DNA of 64,000 nt from Octopus vulgaris (taxonomy: Eukaryota), in NCBI GenBank assembly GCA_951406725.2, contig OX597837.1, forward strand, positions 20,212,001 to 20,276,000. Direction: 5' to 3'. The notes beneath the pieces are model-generated. The model saw nothing but the letters and a program-made list of their open reading frames with translations. It did no database searches and was not told the DNA's origin. The stretch's first letter is position 1. Every line of letters begins with the position of its first letter. Shown here piece by piece: positions 42,990-57,061 of this stretch. The position numbers were made by a program, and so were the translations under genes.

Positions 42990-43190
42990 AAGGCGTTGAG
43001 CTGGCAAAATTATTAGCACGCCGGACAAAATGCATAGCTGTATTTCGTCCGTTTGCGCGCTCTGGGTTCAAATTCTACTGAGGTCGACTCTGCCTTTCAT
43101 CCTTTCGGGGTTGATAAAATAAGTATCAGTTGAGCTCTGTGGTCGATGTAATCAGACAAAACTGCTGGCTTTGTGTTAAAATTTGAACCT
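42990..43190 (+). mobile_element. SINE family B
   Basis: Homology to the other copies. Confidence 0.8.
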
Positions 43191-44028
43191 AATATTACCA
43201 ATTATAGTTATTTTATTTATTGTATTTGAAATATATCATTAAAGAGACGAGACATAACCCGGCCAACGTCTCTATATATACCTAATTCTAAACGAAAAAA
43301 TATTTTTGAAGCCTCTGGTCTGTCATAACTGCCCGTCTCCACATTAACAAAGCTTATCGCCATAGCACGTGACCCAAAATTAATCACTGTGTAATAGGGA
43401 ATAATGACTTTTGAGTACTTATAATTGCATTAATACCAGTAGCCTTAATACCAGAGATCGCTAAAGCTTTTAGAAGAAAAAATGTCTAAGCGAATGACAC
43501 TCCCACAAATCTATCAAACTAAGTTTATAAGTTTGTTTCTGTTCTTTCTATAAAACTACTTAATTAGCGATACGTTGTTATTCTAGCTTAGAAGTAATCA
43601 GAGATTTGTAATATTTTTCAATTAATGTAACCTCAAAAATCTCATTTTTTTTATTTGTTATTTATTTATTTATTTCACTTTCTGCAGGTTCAGTTACGCT
43701 GTATAAGGGATTAACTGAAATGTTATCCTTGCTCGTTCAAGTTTTCACAGGCTTGACATTCAACCAAACATTCACATCTATCATATATCTCCAACTTTGA
43801 TGCTATTGCGTGGGTTCCTATAACGATAGAGATGTATGTGTAAGAATTTGAATTTTAAATATTACTATTACATTGCAGCAAAGAAGTACATTGTAGGTAG
43901 TAACATCACTTTCATATAGATTTTTTTACTTTTGCCTGCAGTTATGAGTTGCATTTTCTTAATGATTTCTGCTTGTTTTTGGAAGGTCTTGAAACATATA
44001 TATGTGAATACATACATACATACATACA

Positions 44029-44061
<33 letters not shown>

Positions 44062-44613
44062 GGTGGCTGCCCCCTCGTCATCGAGTATGGCCATTGCACG
44101 AAGCTTAATCAATGTTGTTATCGTGCAGTGCCTGTGCAAGAAGATTTTTTTAAAGTGAAGAAAGGCTGTTCACTGAGTCAATCCCACTCACTAAACAACA
44201 GCAGCCGTAATCCGAAAAGAAGAACAAGTCAACATCATCGGTAACCACTGAGCCGCAGGTTTTATATCGGAGTTATCCCAGTTACCTGAGTTACCTTCTC
44301 CTAGAAGGATGCCTTAACAAAGGCTAGGAGTCCTTCACTCCCAATGGTTTAACCGCGCGATCGGGTATTCAGTCCGATTATTTCTATGTCCCCGCGCATG
44401 ATACAGCCTTAAGACATTTATTGGATGGCCGTTGACTCTCAAGAGTTCCTCCGCCCTTTAACGGGTTTTGTTTTTCATCCCGCAGGGTGTCCAATAAACA
44501 CCCTCCTCACCAAGCAAGCTTGGTGGGGTTGCCGGTTTAGTCGCCGACGACCCGACCATGCAACAGGTTGTACTGGGTAACATGTTACCAGTAGCACTCG
44601 AAAGTGACCTGAC
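44062..44613 (-). mobile_element. Non-coding structured insertion in (CATA)n, probably an RTE-derived non-autonomous element
   Basis: Flanked on both sides by (CATA)n. Motif ctagcctttgttaaggcatccttctaggagaaggtaactc resembles RTE 5' UTRs. Several hairpins. Confidence 0.5.
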
Positions 44614-44700
44614 ATAAACATACATACATACATACATACATACATACATACATACATACATACATACATACATACATACATACATACAAACATACATACA

Positions 44701-44732
<32 letters not shown>

Positions 44733-45253
44733 AACATACATACATACATACATACATACATACATACATACATACATACATACATACATACATACATACA
44801 TACATACATACATACATACGGGGATATGTAACACATTACCTAAATACCAATCTTGAGAAATTAGGCTTCTCAAATCCAGAAAGAGAAGACTACAGAACCA
44901 ATCCATTACTGGAACTGTGAAAATTTGTAAAACTTCCCAGAAGTTTATCATTTAGATATATATGAGCATGTCTAGAAATGTAACTATATGCATGAGAATG
45001 CATACAAAACATACCAAACATAAATATAAAACATATAAATCTGAACATATCATATACGTACATACTTACAAACAAAAATACCCTGTTGTTGATGTTGAAA
45101 TACCAATGAACGAGCCTTGGATCTAGGTTAGAAACCGGTTCTTTCTCCACTGACAAGAAATCTTGAAATAAAATTGAAATAGTGACATACATATATACAT
45201 GCATACATATGTATATATAAAAACCTTTACTCTTTTTGATTTCCAATGTGCTT

Positions 45254-45287
<34 letters not shown>

Positions 45288-45430
45288 ATACATATATATA
45301 TATATATACATATATATACATTCCACTAAGAAAGGAATGTTCTCAAGAAATTTTAGCAAACACCAGAACGTAAGCGAGTAAGACAAATGAAAAGATACAA
45401 AATACACACACACACAAAAACACACACACA

Positions 45431-45534
<104 letters not shown>

Positions 45535-46751
45535 TGTTACGGAACGGAATCACCCGTCGTCGCCCGTCCCGAACGGCTCACACAAGTTCCGCCACGGAAC
45601 CCAAAGAGGCGGAGAGAGGAGATACAGATAGAACAACAACCACAGCAGCACAGCACAGATGCACAACCCGAGATACAACCCAAAGAGAGGCAAGGCAACA
45701 GAGACACTGGCTTATATTCAAACAACAGTTTATACGACAATTACAATTGTCACAACATCAAATACATTTAAAGGAAACATGCACGTGACTACTCAATACA
45801 TAATACAACAGCATTTAACGAGTACAACTCAAAGCATAATACAACAGCATGTAACAATATAACAGTCCGGAGACACAACAAGTCATATACAGTATTTCAA
45901 AGGTACACGTCCGAAGACACAGTTCTTTTCCCAAATCACATCAACAGATAACGTTCACAGTTCTTTATAATCTTTTTCTGAACATCACAATGTTCTTTAT
46001 CGACTACATCGACAGAGTCCTTCTTTTTTTTCTCTTTCTTTTCTTTTACAGTCTCTTTACCTCGTGACACATATCAATGCACAAAACACATACCTTAATT
46101 CCCAACTGAATCGCCAGTGTCCCATTCCTCTCAATACTGCTAATTCCCCTCTGTGCCGCCAAGCTTTCTCGCACCCAACTTGCTCCTAAGAATTCCAACG
46201 CTTGCTCCTTGAATCCAAGGTTCCATCCACTCGCTCTGACCTCCAGAGTCCGTCTCTCTTCTTCGACGACCAACCACCTACTCCAAGATCCGTCTGTGTT
46301 CCTCGACGACCGCTCAACGACTGCCCAGAACCTCACTTCCTTGTCCTGACTTCCACTCCCTCATCTCCCTCTGTTCTACCACCTATAGTCTTTCTATTTG
46401 CTATCTGATTCCTTACTCTATCTATATCGCCTGCTGTCTCTTAGCCTCTCTATCAGTCCCTTAGTCTTATACTCTATCTCTCTCATGACAGCTCTACCAA
46501 ACTCTCTGCCTGTCCTTCTCTCCTACTGTCAATACCCTCTCCATCTGCTCTTAGATTCCCTTAATCTGTCCTCCTCTTCACTTCTTCAAGGGGTGCCCAG
46601 AGCGACCCCTAATTCACCCGCACAAGGTCACAGGTCATTCCAAAACCCATTAGTCTTCCATTAAACAAAAGACTGTCACTTTTCTACTAGACATGCCGGA
46701 ACCATAATTCCAATGTGGGTCACCGGGAAATGCACCAGCTAAACCGTAACA
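45535..46751. mobile_element. Probable solo LTR (1217 bp)
   Basis: Termini TGTTACGG...CCGTAACA, flanked by atat on both sides within (TA)n. Non-coding. Confidence 0.75.
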
Positions 46752-47357
46752 ATATATATATATATATATATATCCCTCCTTCCCTCTTCCCCTTCCCTCT
46801 GCTCCCTCACTCCCCTTCTCTCTCCCCCTCTCCCTCTTTCCTCCTTCCTCCTCCCCTCCTCCTCCCCTTCCTCCTCCCCTCCTCTCTCTCCCCCCCTCTC
46901 CCCTCCTCTCATCCCCCTCCCCTCCCCCTCCCCCTCTTCTCCTCTCTCCACACTACACCACACGACTTTACACATCACATCATATATGATGTGCCATACT
47001 AATACATACACCAACTAATACATACTAATACGTACTAATACATACTAATACATACTAATACATACACCAACCCTATACATACACACGTCCAGACCTCTCA
47101 TACGCACTTATACTCTCTCATACACACACACACACACACTTATACATACTAATACGTACTAATACATACTAATACATACACCAACCCTATACATACACAC
47201 GTCCAGACCTCTCATACGCACTAATACTCTCTCATACACACACACACACCCTCATGTTGGAGCTGGTCATTCAACCCTATTATCAACCCTATTATCTCCC
47301 CTTATTTCGCTCTCGCGTCTCATGTTTGATCTTTGACCTCTGGCCGAAATCAGATCG

Positions 47358-47566
47358 CCATGTTGATTCGTTAGTTACTGCACGCATTTTTTTTCTCTCC
47401 TTCTTTCTGTGTTTTTTTTCTCTCTGTGTATCTTTCTGTTGAAGAGCGTAGGCTCGAAACGTTAAAGACTTGTTTTATTTATATTTCCTGAGCGCCATAC
47501 TAATACAATTGTTTGTTTGTTTCCCACCTGCCTTCGTCTTTTGTCTATTTTCATAAAGCTTCCCGT

Positions 47567-47567
<1 letters not shown>
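47358..47567 (+). mobile_element. Hammerhead-like pLTR-type repeat, copy 4
   Basis: tcttt ctgttgaa gagc gtag gctc gaaa cg tt aaaga. Confidence 0.65.
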
Positions 47568-47597
<30 letters not shown>

Positions 47598-47983
47598 CCC
47601 ACCCGATGAACCGCCCACTACATACTGAAAAATATTCAACTACATAATGATAATTATAAAGAATGTCCTTCTAAATTGGTAAATGACTACAGAGTCAGCA
47701 ACTTGAAGCCGGTGTGTGGTACAGAAACAAATGTTGTGATCTACTCTTAAAGCCTGGTATCCTCCATTCTCATGTTATATTATGTTTCCATTAGTTTCAT
47801 GTAAAGAGGCGTTCCATATGTGTATCTAACCTATGGAATATACCCTACAGTACGGTATATTCCATATATATATATCCACTTAAACGCAAGTTACGAGTTT
47901 TTTACCCGAATTATATATGTACGTATATATATGAAAAAACAAGTCAGGACAGAAAATGCTAAAATGATTTTATAAAGAACATT

Positions 47984-48023
47984 TTAGTACCGGTTTCAGT
48001 CATTTTGAGACCTTTTCAACTGC
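47984..48023 (-). ncRNA. Minimal hammerhead remnant, also with a U3-A8 core
   Basis: AG UUGAAAA GGUC-UCAAAAU-GACU GAAA CCGG UA CU. Stem I is weak. Confidence 0.45.
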
Positions 48024-48164
48024 AACAATTAAATAATTAAATTTTAAAAAATGAAAAGGAAAGTTTTTTTAAAAGAATATTTGTATAGTGTTCAAATATA
48101 AGTGGCATTTTCCTTGTTTCTGCCTTTCTCTGTCTCTCTTGTTTACTCTTGTAGGTTCGAGGTC

Positions 48165-48265
<101 letters not shown>

Positions 48266-48340
48266 TATATGGATACAGGACATAAAAAAGTTTTTTTATA
48301 TTATTATATGATCGAACGCCACACATCCTTTTCCAAGTAA

Positions 48341-48387
<47 letters not shown>

Positions 48388-48389
<2 letters not shown>

Positions 48390-48598
48390 CTCTCTTTTTA
48401 CTCTTTTACTTGTTTCAGTCATTTGACTGCGGCCATGCTGGAGCACCGCCTTTAGTCAAGCAAATCGACCCCGGGACTTATTCTTTGTAAGTCCAGTACT
48501 TATTCTATCGGTCTCTTTTGCCGAACCGCTAAGTGACGGGGACGTAAACACACCAGCATCGGTTGTCAAGCAATGATAGGGGGACAAACACAGACACA

Positions 48599-48658
<60 letters not shown>

Positions 48659-48827
48659 CATATATACGACAGGCTTCTTTCAGTTTCCGTCTACCAAATC
48701 CACTTACAAGGCATTGGTCGGCCCGGGGCTATAGCAGAAGACACTTGGCCAAGATGCCACGCAGTGGGACTGAACCTGGAACCATGTGGTTGGTTAGCAA
48801 GCTACTTACCACACAGCCACTCCTGCG
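48388..48827 (-). mobile_element. SINE family A, well-conserved full-length copy
   Basis: Head gcaggagtggctgtgtggtaag...ggttcagtccc, CORE-like segment and tail. Confidence 0.9.
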
Positions 48828-49199
48828 ACACGAGACGACAATGATAGAAAATACTTGTCCGAGTTGTCACACAATGAGTTCGATCCCAGCTCCCCGTAAC
48901 AGCGAAGCGAAGTATTTAACCAGTAGCCATAATTAAGAATTTCGCTTCAGAATCACAAGATTCCGGGTTCAATCCCATCACCTGGTACATTGGGCAAATA
49001 TCTTTTAACCAATCTCAGTCGTCATATTTAGTTCACAAGACCTTGTTTCGATTCGAAGATAAGACGAATGCACTTGTGTGAAAGCGCGTAGCTTAGTGCT
49101 TGCGGGTGTTCGGCTCACAATCGCAGAGGCGTGAGGTCGATTCCCGGTGGCGCGTTGTGCTTACTGAGCAAGACACTTTATTTCTCGATGCTCCAGTCC
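48826..49199 (+). repeat. 374-bp inverted duplication of 52216-52589
   Basis: Colinear reverse-complement match with only scattered substitutions, spanning several decayed SINE pieces. Confidence 0.92.
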
Positions 49200-49331
49200 T
49201 GTACCTGTACATATATATATATATATGTATATATAGATATATATATATGTATATATACATATATATATATACATATACATATACATATATATATATACAT
49301 ATATATATATATACATATATATATGTATATA

Positions 49332-49384
<53 letters not shown>

Positions 49385-49971
49385 GTATATGTATATATAC
49401 ATACATATGTGTGTATATATATATGGGTATGGTTGTGTGCGGGTGTGCGAGTGTGTGCGAGTATGCTAGTGTATGCGTGTGCATGTGCGCGCACACGGGT
49501 GTGTGTATGTAGTGTGCATTTACGTGTGTGCGTATGTGTGTTCGCGCAGGTTTGTGTGTGGTGAGTGGTAGGGTGTGAGCGTGGTGTTTTGATAGAATGT
49601 GAGTGTGTGTGCACGCATGGGTGAGTGTGGTGTGCGGTAAGGCGTAAGGGATGGAATGACAAGGGTGTGTGTACGTTTATGTTGTAATTAGTGCATATGT
49701 GCTTGTGGGGTGTGCGTATAGACATATGTGTATGTGTGAGTGTATGTATATGTATATGTGCGTAGGCGTGTGTGGCGGTCCTCTATGTGAGTGTGTGTAT
49801 GTGCGCATATATATGTGGGTGTGGGTGTGGCTGTGCAAGTGTAAGAGTGTTATGGAGGTATATGTGTGTGTGTATATATATCAGTGTGAGTGCGTGCGTA
49901 TGAAGGTGTGTGTATGAGTGTATGTATGTGTAAAGAAATTACTAAAAATACAAATTAAAAAGCAAACGCAG

Positions 49972-50340
49972 GAGAAAAGAACACTCAGAGAGCGCAAACC
50001 TCCGCCAAAACAACACCAACGTCCTCCCAACGATTAGCCGGAGATAGTTTTTAAACTGAGAATATCTGAAATAAACTCGACTGTTCTCACAAACGAGAAT
50101 ACTAAAATGAACCCGACCGATCTCAAAAATTAAGTTTAAAAAACTCTGAAAAGTAATCCAGAATCCTTATCCAGAACCGGATCGATTCCAAAATCTAATC
50201 AGTTCGTGCTAGTCACGAGGCCAACATCCCCGAAAGTTTCATCCGTATCTATTCAACGGTTCTTGAGATATCTTGTCCACCGTCCAACAAACAAACACGA
50301 CTGAAAACAATACCGCCGCCTTCGCTAAGGCGGAGGTGGC
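49972..50340. mobile_element. Non-autonomous Helentron/DINE-like element
   Basis: Subterminal inverted repeat acctccgcc / ggcggaggt, terminal hairpin gccttcgctaaggc and a short acaa repeat. Confidence 0.55.
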
Positions 50341-50691
50341 AAAGGAATATAAGGAATAAAATATAATACAAAATAAATATTTAAAAAAAAAATTAAATTA
50401 AAAATAATAAAAAAAGGTAAAAGATTAATGTTTATGAAGTCGAAAAACTCTTCTTAGACAGTTACTCAGACTTTCACGGTATCGTTGGTCAGAAAGTTGT
50501 GACCAGAACTGTATGATTATACAACTGTCCAACGAACGGTAGCTTGAAACTGTGGAACTGTTTGTGAAGACTTTTTTCGGCTTTAATAAAACCTTAGGGA
50601 TTCGAGTATTATTTTTTTCACCTTGTTTTTGCATTTATGCGCTTACCTTGTATGTGTGTGTGTGTATGCGTGTATACATACACACACACAC

Positions 50692-50741
<50 letters not shown>

Positions 50742-51103
50742 AAAAAAATATATACAAACTGGGACAAGAACGTGAAACACCTAGAAGACGACACAAGAAC
50801 CACAGGACGGGACATTCGAAGCCCTCAATCATCAGTCAAGAACCGGATCATCTTCGCAATTTCGGCTGATTAATCTTGAGATTGCTCCGACCTGGGCAGC
50901 CCCCAAGGGAAATCTAAGCCAAGCGCATTAGATCCCTTGGAAGAAAGCTTCGAATGTATACAACACAAGGACGGAAAACGAACGATGTACACGAATAAAA
51001 ATACAGAAATACGTGAAAACAATAAGGAAAGCACGAATAAGAATACAAAAACGTAAAAACAATAAAGGTAAGGATAAAAAACAAAACCAGGACGTAGGAC
51101 AAG

Positions 51104-51159
<56 letters not shown>

Positions 51160-51195
51160 GCATATATATATTATAGATGAATATGCATAGAAATA

Positions 51196-51246
<51 letters not shown>

Positions 51247-51764
51247 GAGCATAATTAAGGGTAAATAGTATGGTTCCATTGAGACCGTGTGTGCATTACG
51301 TGGTGGAGAGAGAAAGGGAAAATGAGTGAGGGAAGCGGGGAGAAAAGGAGAGATAGGAAGAGACAAAGAAATTAGGAGAGAGAGAGAGAGAGAAAGAGAG
51401 AGGCGGGTGAAGGAGTGGGGAAATCCTGATGCAGATGGCGTGAGTTTCATTTCTTTCCGCTTCCGAGATGAAACCAGATCCAGAGCTTCATTAATCTGTC
51501 ACACAGGATTTACACCTGATAAATGACGACACTAAATCAGAGTTGCAGAGTCTCGTAGAATCTCTTGTGTTCCTTACACATTGTCATCGAATATTCTTTG
51601 GTCAACAATTATGTGTCTCAAGTTCTCTCTGTTTCTGTGCCTCCGTCTGTGAGCAGTTAAGAATGACGACAACGTACGGTTGAAATGTTTGAAATTCGCT
51701 TCATAATCAACAGTTGCGGCAGCTTTTGGATCCCACTGCATCATAGAAATGCCTTCTAACTGAT

Positions 51765-52335
51765 ACTCCGTCAGTTACGACGACGAGGTTTCTAGTTGAT
51801 CCTATTTCTTTATTACCCACAAGGGGCTAAACACAGAGAGAACAAACAAGGACAGACATAGGTATTAAGTCGATTACATCGACCCCAGTGCGTAACTGGT
51901 ACTTAATTTATCGACCCCGAAAGGATGAAAGGCAAAGTCGACCTCGGCGGAATTTGAACTCACAACGTAACGCAGACGAAATACCGCTAAGCATTTCGCC
52001 CGGCGCGCTAACGTTTCTGCCAGCTCGCCGCCTTGAGGTTTCTAGTTGATCCGATAAACGGAACAGCTTGCTCGTGAAATTACCATGCAAGTGACTGAGC
52101 GCTCCACAGACACGAGTATCCTTAACGTAGTTCTCAGGGAGATTCAGCGTGACACAGAATGTGACAAGCCTGGCCCTTTGAAATACAGAGTACTACTCAT
52201 TTTTGCCAGCTGAGTGGACTGGAGCATCGAGAAATAAAGTGTCTTGCTCAGTAAGCACAACGCGCCACCGGTAATCGACCTCACGACTCTACGATTGTGA
52301 GCCGAACACCCACAAGCACTATGCTACGCGCCTTC
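51765..52335 (-). mobile_element. tRNA-derived SINE family C, interrupted by a family B copy
   Basis: Head ggcgcgtagcatagtg...gaggtcgattacc and core gagcaagacacttt...ccactcagctggcaaaaatgagt. Homologous to 54130-54815. Confidence 0.8.
51803..52034 (-). mobile_element. SINE family B, full-length copy with 18-bp TSD
   Basis: TSD gaggtttctagttgatcc at 51785-51802 and 52035-52052. Confidence 0.92.
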
Positions 52336-53016
52336 ACACAAGTGCATTCGTCTTATCTTCGAATCGAAACAAGGTCTTGTGAACTAAATATGACGACTGA
52401 GATTGGTTAAAAGATATTTGCCCAATGTACCAGGCGATGGGATTGAACCCGGAATCTTGTGATTCTGAAGCGAAATTCTTAATTATGGCTACTGGTTAAA
52501 TACTTCGCTTCGCAGTTACGAGGAGCTGGGATCGATCACATTGTGTGACAACTCGGACTAGTATTTTCTATTATTGTCGTCTCGTGTCGACTCAACGCTT
52601 TCGAGTGACGGAAGCAGCATGACCGAATGGTGAAGAGGTTCAGTTCGCAATTACTAGGACCTGGGTTCAACTCCACTGACTAATACCTTAAGTCTCGTGC
52701 TCATTCCACCCTTGTGAGTGAAACTGGGCCAATGGACGACCTTGTGTGGCAATATGTACGATAGTCTGTAACTGAAACGGATTTCGTCTTTCCGTCCAGA
52801 GGTCGCCACTCATTTACAAACCACAACCCTAATACATTACAGACTTCATATTTATTTACACGTAAAATTCACACTTTGTCTTCCACGCATACATTCTACG
52901 TTTCTCTGCAATATGATTCTATATATACCCCGTTTCTAATATATACCCCGTTTTTACAAATATCTTTCCAGATGAGCTACTTATTATCATCATATAGATC
53001 GGTCATAGTTTGTTTA

Positions 53017-53419
53017 TACTCTCTTTTACTTGTTTCAGTCATTTGACTGCCGCCATGCTGGAGCACCGCCTTTAATCGAGCAACTCGACCCCGGGACTTA
53101 TTCTTTTGTAAGCCCAGTACTTATTCTATCGGTCTCTTTTGCCTAACCGCTAAGTAACGGGGACATAAACACACCAGCATCGGTTGTCAAGCAATGCTAG
53201 GGGGACAAACACAGACACACAAACACACACATGCATATATATATATATACATATATACGACGGGCTTCTTTCAGTTTCCGTCTACCAAATCCACTCAGAA
53301 GGCTTTGGTCGACCCGAGGCTTTAGTAGAAGACACTTGCCCAAGGTGCCACGCAGTGGGAGTGAACCCGGAACCATGTGGTTGGTAAACAAGCTACTTAC
53401 CACACAGCCACTCCTGCAC
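53017..53419 (-). mobile_element. SINE family A
   Basis: Full-length homology. Confidence 0.9.
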
Positions 53420-54129
53420 CTTACTTTTATCTTACTTTTTTCTTTTACTTCTTTCAGCTATTGAACTGCAACCGTACTGCCCACTTCCCCACCTTAATGA
53501 ATTTAATCGAACAAACCGCCCCCAGTATTTGTTTTTAAGTTGGTATTTATTATATCGGTCTCTTTTTGCTGAACTGCTAATTTTACGGGAACATCAGGCT
53601 TAATGCTTAGCTGCATTTCGTCCATCTTTTCATTCTGGATTCGAATTGCCTCTTGGCGTCGATAAAATAAGTATCGGTTGAGTACTGGGGGGTATGTAAT
53701 CGACTTACCCCCTACACTGAAACTGCTAACCTTGTGCCCAAATTGAAAACCTATATATGTATAGATAGATCGATATTTGTTTATGGGTACGTAAATAAAC
53801 CAACACCAGTTGTCAACAACCGATGATAGGAGACCTGTATATGTATAAGTGTATATATGTATATATGTGTGTGTGTAAGTGTGTGTGTGTGTGTGTGTGT
53901 ACGACGGGTTTCTTTCTGTCTCCGTTTACTAAATTTTTTCACAAGGCTTTTGTTGACCCGAAGCTATAGTTGAAGACAGTTGCGCAAGGTGCTGTGCGGT
54001 GCTGTGGGACTGAACCCAAGACCATATGGTTGGGAAGCAAACTTCTTACCACGCAGCCATATTGTGGCCTATAAAGAAATTGAAAATAATTCATAAAGCC
54101 CTGCGGGCGTTAATTAAGATATAAGTGGT

Positions 54130-54815
54130 ACTCCGTCGCTTACGACGACGAAGGTTCCAGCTGATCCCATCAACGGAACAGCCTCCTTGTGAAATTAACG
54201 TGCAAGTGGCTGAGCGCTCCACAGACACGCGTATCCTTAACGTAGTTCTCAGGCTAGCTCTTTGAATTACAGGTACAACTCATCTTTGACAGCTAAATGG
54301 ACTGGGAAGCACTCCGTCGGTAACGACGATGAGGGTTCCGGTTGATCCGATCAACGGAACAGCCTGCTCGTGAAATTAACGTGCAAGTGGCTGAGCACTC
54401 CACAGACACGTGTACCCTTAACGCAGTTCTCGGGGAGAATTCAGCGTGACACAGAGAATGACAAGGCCGGCCCTTTGAAATACAGGTACAACAGAAACAG
54501 GAAGTAAGAGTGAGAGAAAGTTGTGGTGAAAGAGTACAGCAGGGATCACCACCATCCCCTGCCGGAGCCTCGTGGAGGTTTAGGTGTTTTCGCTCAATAA
54601 ACACTCACAACGCCCGGTCTGGGAATCGAAACCGCAATCCTACGACCGCGAGTCCGCTGCCCTAACCACTGGGCCATTGCGCCTCCACGCTAAATGGACT
54701 GGAGCAACGTAAAATAAAGCATCTTACTCAAGCACACAAGGCACCGCGGGGAATTGAACTCGCGACTTTGCGATCGTGAGCCGAATACCCCTAACCACAA
54801 AACCACGCACCTTCA
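54130..54815 (-). mobile_element. SINE family C, interrupted
   Basis: Homology to 51765-52335. Confidence 0.8.
54306..54688 (-). mobile_element. tRNA-derived SINE family D (family C 3' tail, different core) with 14-bp TSD
   Basis: TSD gctaaatggactgg at 54292-54305 and 54689-54702. Head tggcccagtggttagggc...ggtttcgattccc. Confidence 0.88.
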
Positions 54816-55160
54816 CATGATTCAAATATATAAAGAAACGATCTGCATTCGACAGGCAATGAAATATACTTTACAGTTCTGCTCTTAAGGACTGGCTTGA
54901 TGTCATAACGCAGATTTGTTTTATCTTTTAATTTTATTCATTTTAGTCGGGGTTTAAAGCATTTGATTTCATTAAGTAGAAGAGCAGGCGTAACTAAGTG
55001 TATAGATGGTTCCTTCCCGACCGCATGGTTTCAAGTTGTCCCACTGCGTGGCACCACGAGCGTGTGACTTCAGCTGGTTCCAGGTAATTTGACTCCTGGT
55101 AATTTCACTCAAGATATTTTGACTCCGGCAATTTGACTGCCAGCCCAAAACGTTGAAATT

Positions 55161-55482
<322 letters not shown>

Positions 55483-55659
55483 TTTCAGAGTAATTTCGTC
55501 AACTGAAAGTATCCTTTCAGTCATCCATTCGGGTGTTTTATTTAAAGTGTTTACAGGTTTACCCGTTATCCATCCCAGCCTCATTCGTTACTGTTGTGAA
55601 AGGATTCCGACCACCCCTATATGATTAAAAGTGGACCGTCACATTTGCTATAAAATAAA

Positions 55660-56190
55660 GAACTGTCGAGTTATGGGGAGTTGATTGGTAAGCAGTTCAC
55701 TGAAGATTGCCCCGCGGCCCTCTTTTGGCCGGGAGGGGAAGGCAATTTTTATTTATCTAGTGGCTGTAGCGAAAGAGGTAGTATGGTGGACCCGTTTGAA
55801 AGGGCTAAAGACAGGCACTTTCTTCATCAACTTTTTCAAGTTTCACTTGAAAAGGAAGTTGAGGGTGAAGAGGGAAGTGCTGCCTTGTAGCAAGTTTGTT
55901 GAAAGGTGGGTGAACATTGAAAGAATGGCCAGTGTGAAAGGACCAATTCTGAGCGTGCACCTGTAAACAAAAGAAGGACCCTTGCCCTGTTGTTCAGGCA
56001 CCCGTGACTTTTGTGGTTTTTTCACGAGGTCCTTAATGCGCCTCCTCTATTAGGAATTTTAAATTGTTTAATTTTAATTATTATATTGTTTACACGTAAA
56101 ACCCATTCTATCGTCTTTTTTTTTGTCTTTTATGTTGTTCTATGTCACTTTATGTAATTTTATGTAAGCCCTTGTGGCCAATAAACGAAT
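55660..56190 (+). mobile_element. 5'-truncated Tx1-clade LINE (related family)
   Basis: REGKAIFIYLVAVAKEVVWWTRLKGL...FHLKRKLRVKR...FVERW aligns with the main ORF2 C-terminus KEGKACFYCTVAVLKECVWRTRVEGL...YHLKSK...YMERW. Ends in AATAAA (56180-56185) plus (ATT)n. Confidence 0.85.
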
Positions 56191-56219
56191 TAATTATTAT
56201 TATTATTATTATTATTATT

Positions 56220-56979
56220 CAGTAGTTTTTATTTTTATAGCGTGCTTTCACTTCACTACCGAGCGCAGCTCTGTGCGCCTTGGGTATGTGCTGTGATTTG
56301 TTGTGATGCTCTGATGGTTATTGTATGGAAAGTGTTCTGCGTAGGATGTGTGCAGTGCCTAGTAGTGCAATTTTCTGTATGTTATATGTGTTTGTAAGTC
56401 CTGGTGTTTTTGTTATGTATTTGTCTGAATATTTTTTTATCATGCCTAATGCACCTACTATGATAGGAATTGTTTCTGTTTTCAGGTTCCACATTCTAGT
56501 TACCTCTATTTCCAGGTCTTTGTATTTTGAGAGTTTCTCCATTTCTTTTAGAGAAACGTTGTCATCTGCCGGTATTGATACATCAATTAGAAAGCATTTT
56601 TTTCTTCATGATCTCTGACAACTATATCTGGTCTGTTGGCCTTAATTTCTCTATCTGTGTGTATCGGCATATCCCAGAGTATGGTTGCTTTCTCGTTTTC
56701 TGTGACCTTTTCTGGTGTGTGCCTATACCATCTTTTTTCTGTTGTTATTCCATAATGTTGGCATAGCTTCCAATGTATGTAGGTTCCAACTCTGTCATGT
56801 CTGTGAATATATTCCTTCTTAGCCAGGACTGGGCAGCTAGAGATAATATGATTTATTGTTTCTTGTCCATCTCCACATATTCTGCAGTTACTTGTAATAT
56901 TTCTTTTCATTACATGTTTTTGGTAATTTCTGGTGGGGAGGCTTTGGTCTTGTGCTGCAATTAAAAATCCTTCCGTTTC

Positions 56980-56980
<1 letters not shown>
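56220..56980 (-). mobile_element. R4/Dong-clade LINE 3' fragment in (TAA)n
   Basis: CRICGDGQETINHIISSC...RHD, ILWD...NRPDIV, KLSKYKDL...IPIIVGALG, i.e. CCHC plus a PD-D/ExK RLE domain. (TTA)n on both sides. Confidence 0.9.

Positions 56981-57061
<81 letters not shown>

Noticed and set aside
43270-43700. Possible Helitron 5' end or a splice acceptor at tttctgcag
   Set aside because: No matching terminus or coding support that I could verify.
54600-54688. tRNA genes here and at other SINE heads
   Set aside because: A/B boxes are present but there is no full cloverleaf, and they continue into SINE bodies with TSDs.
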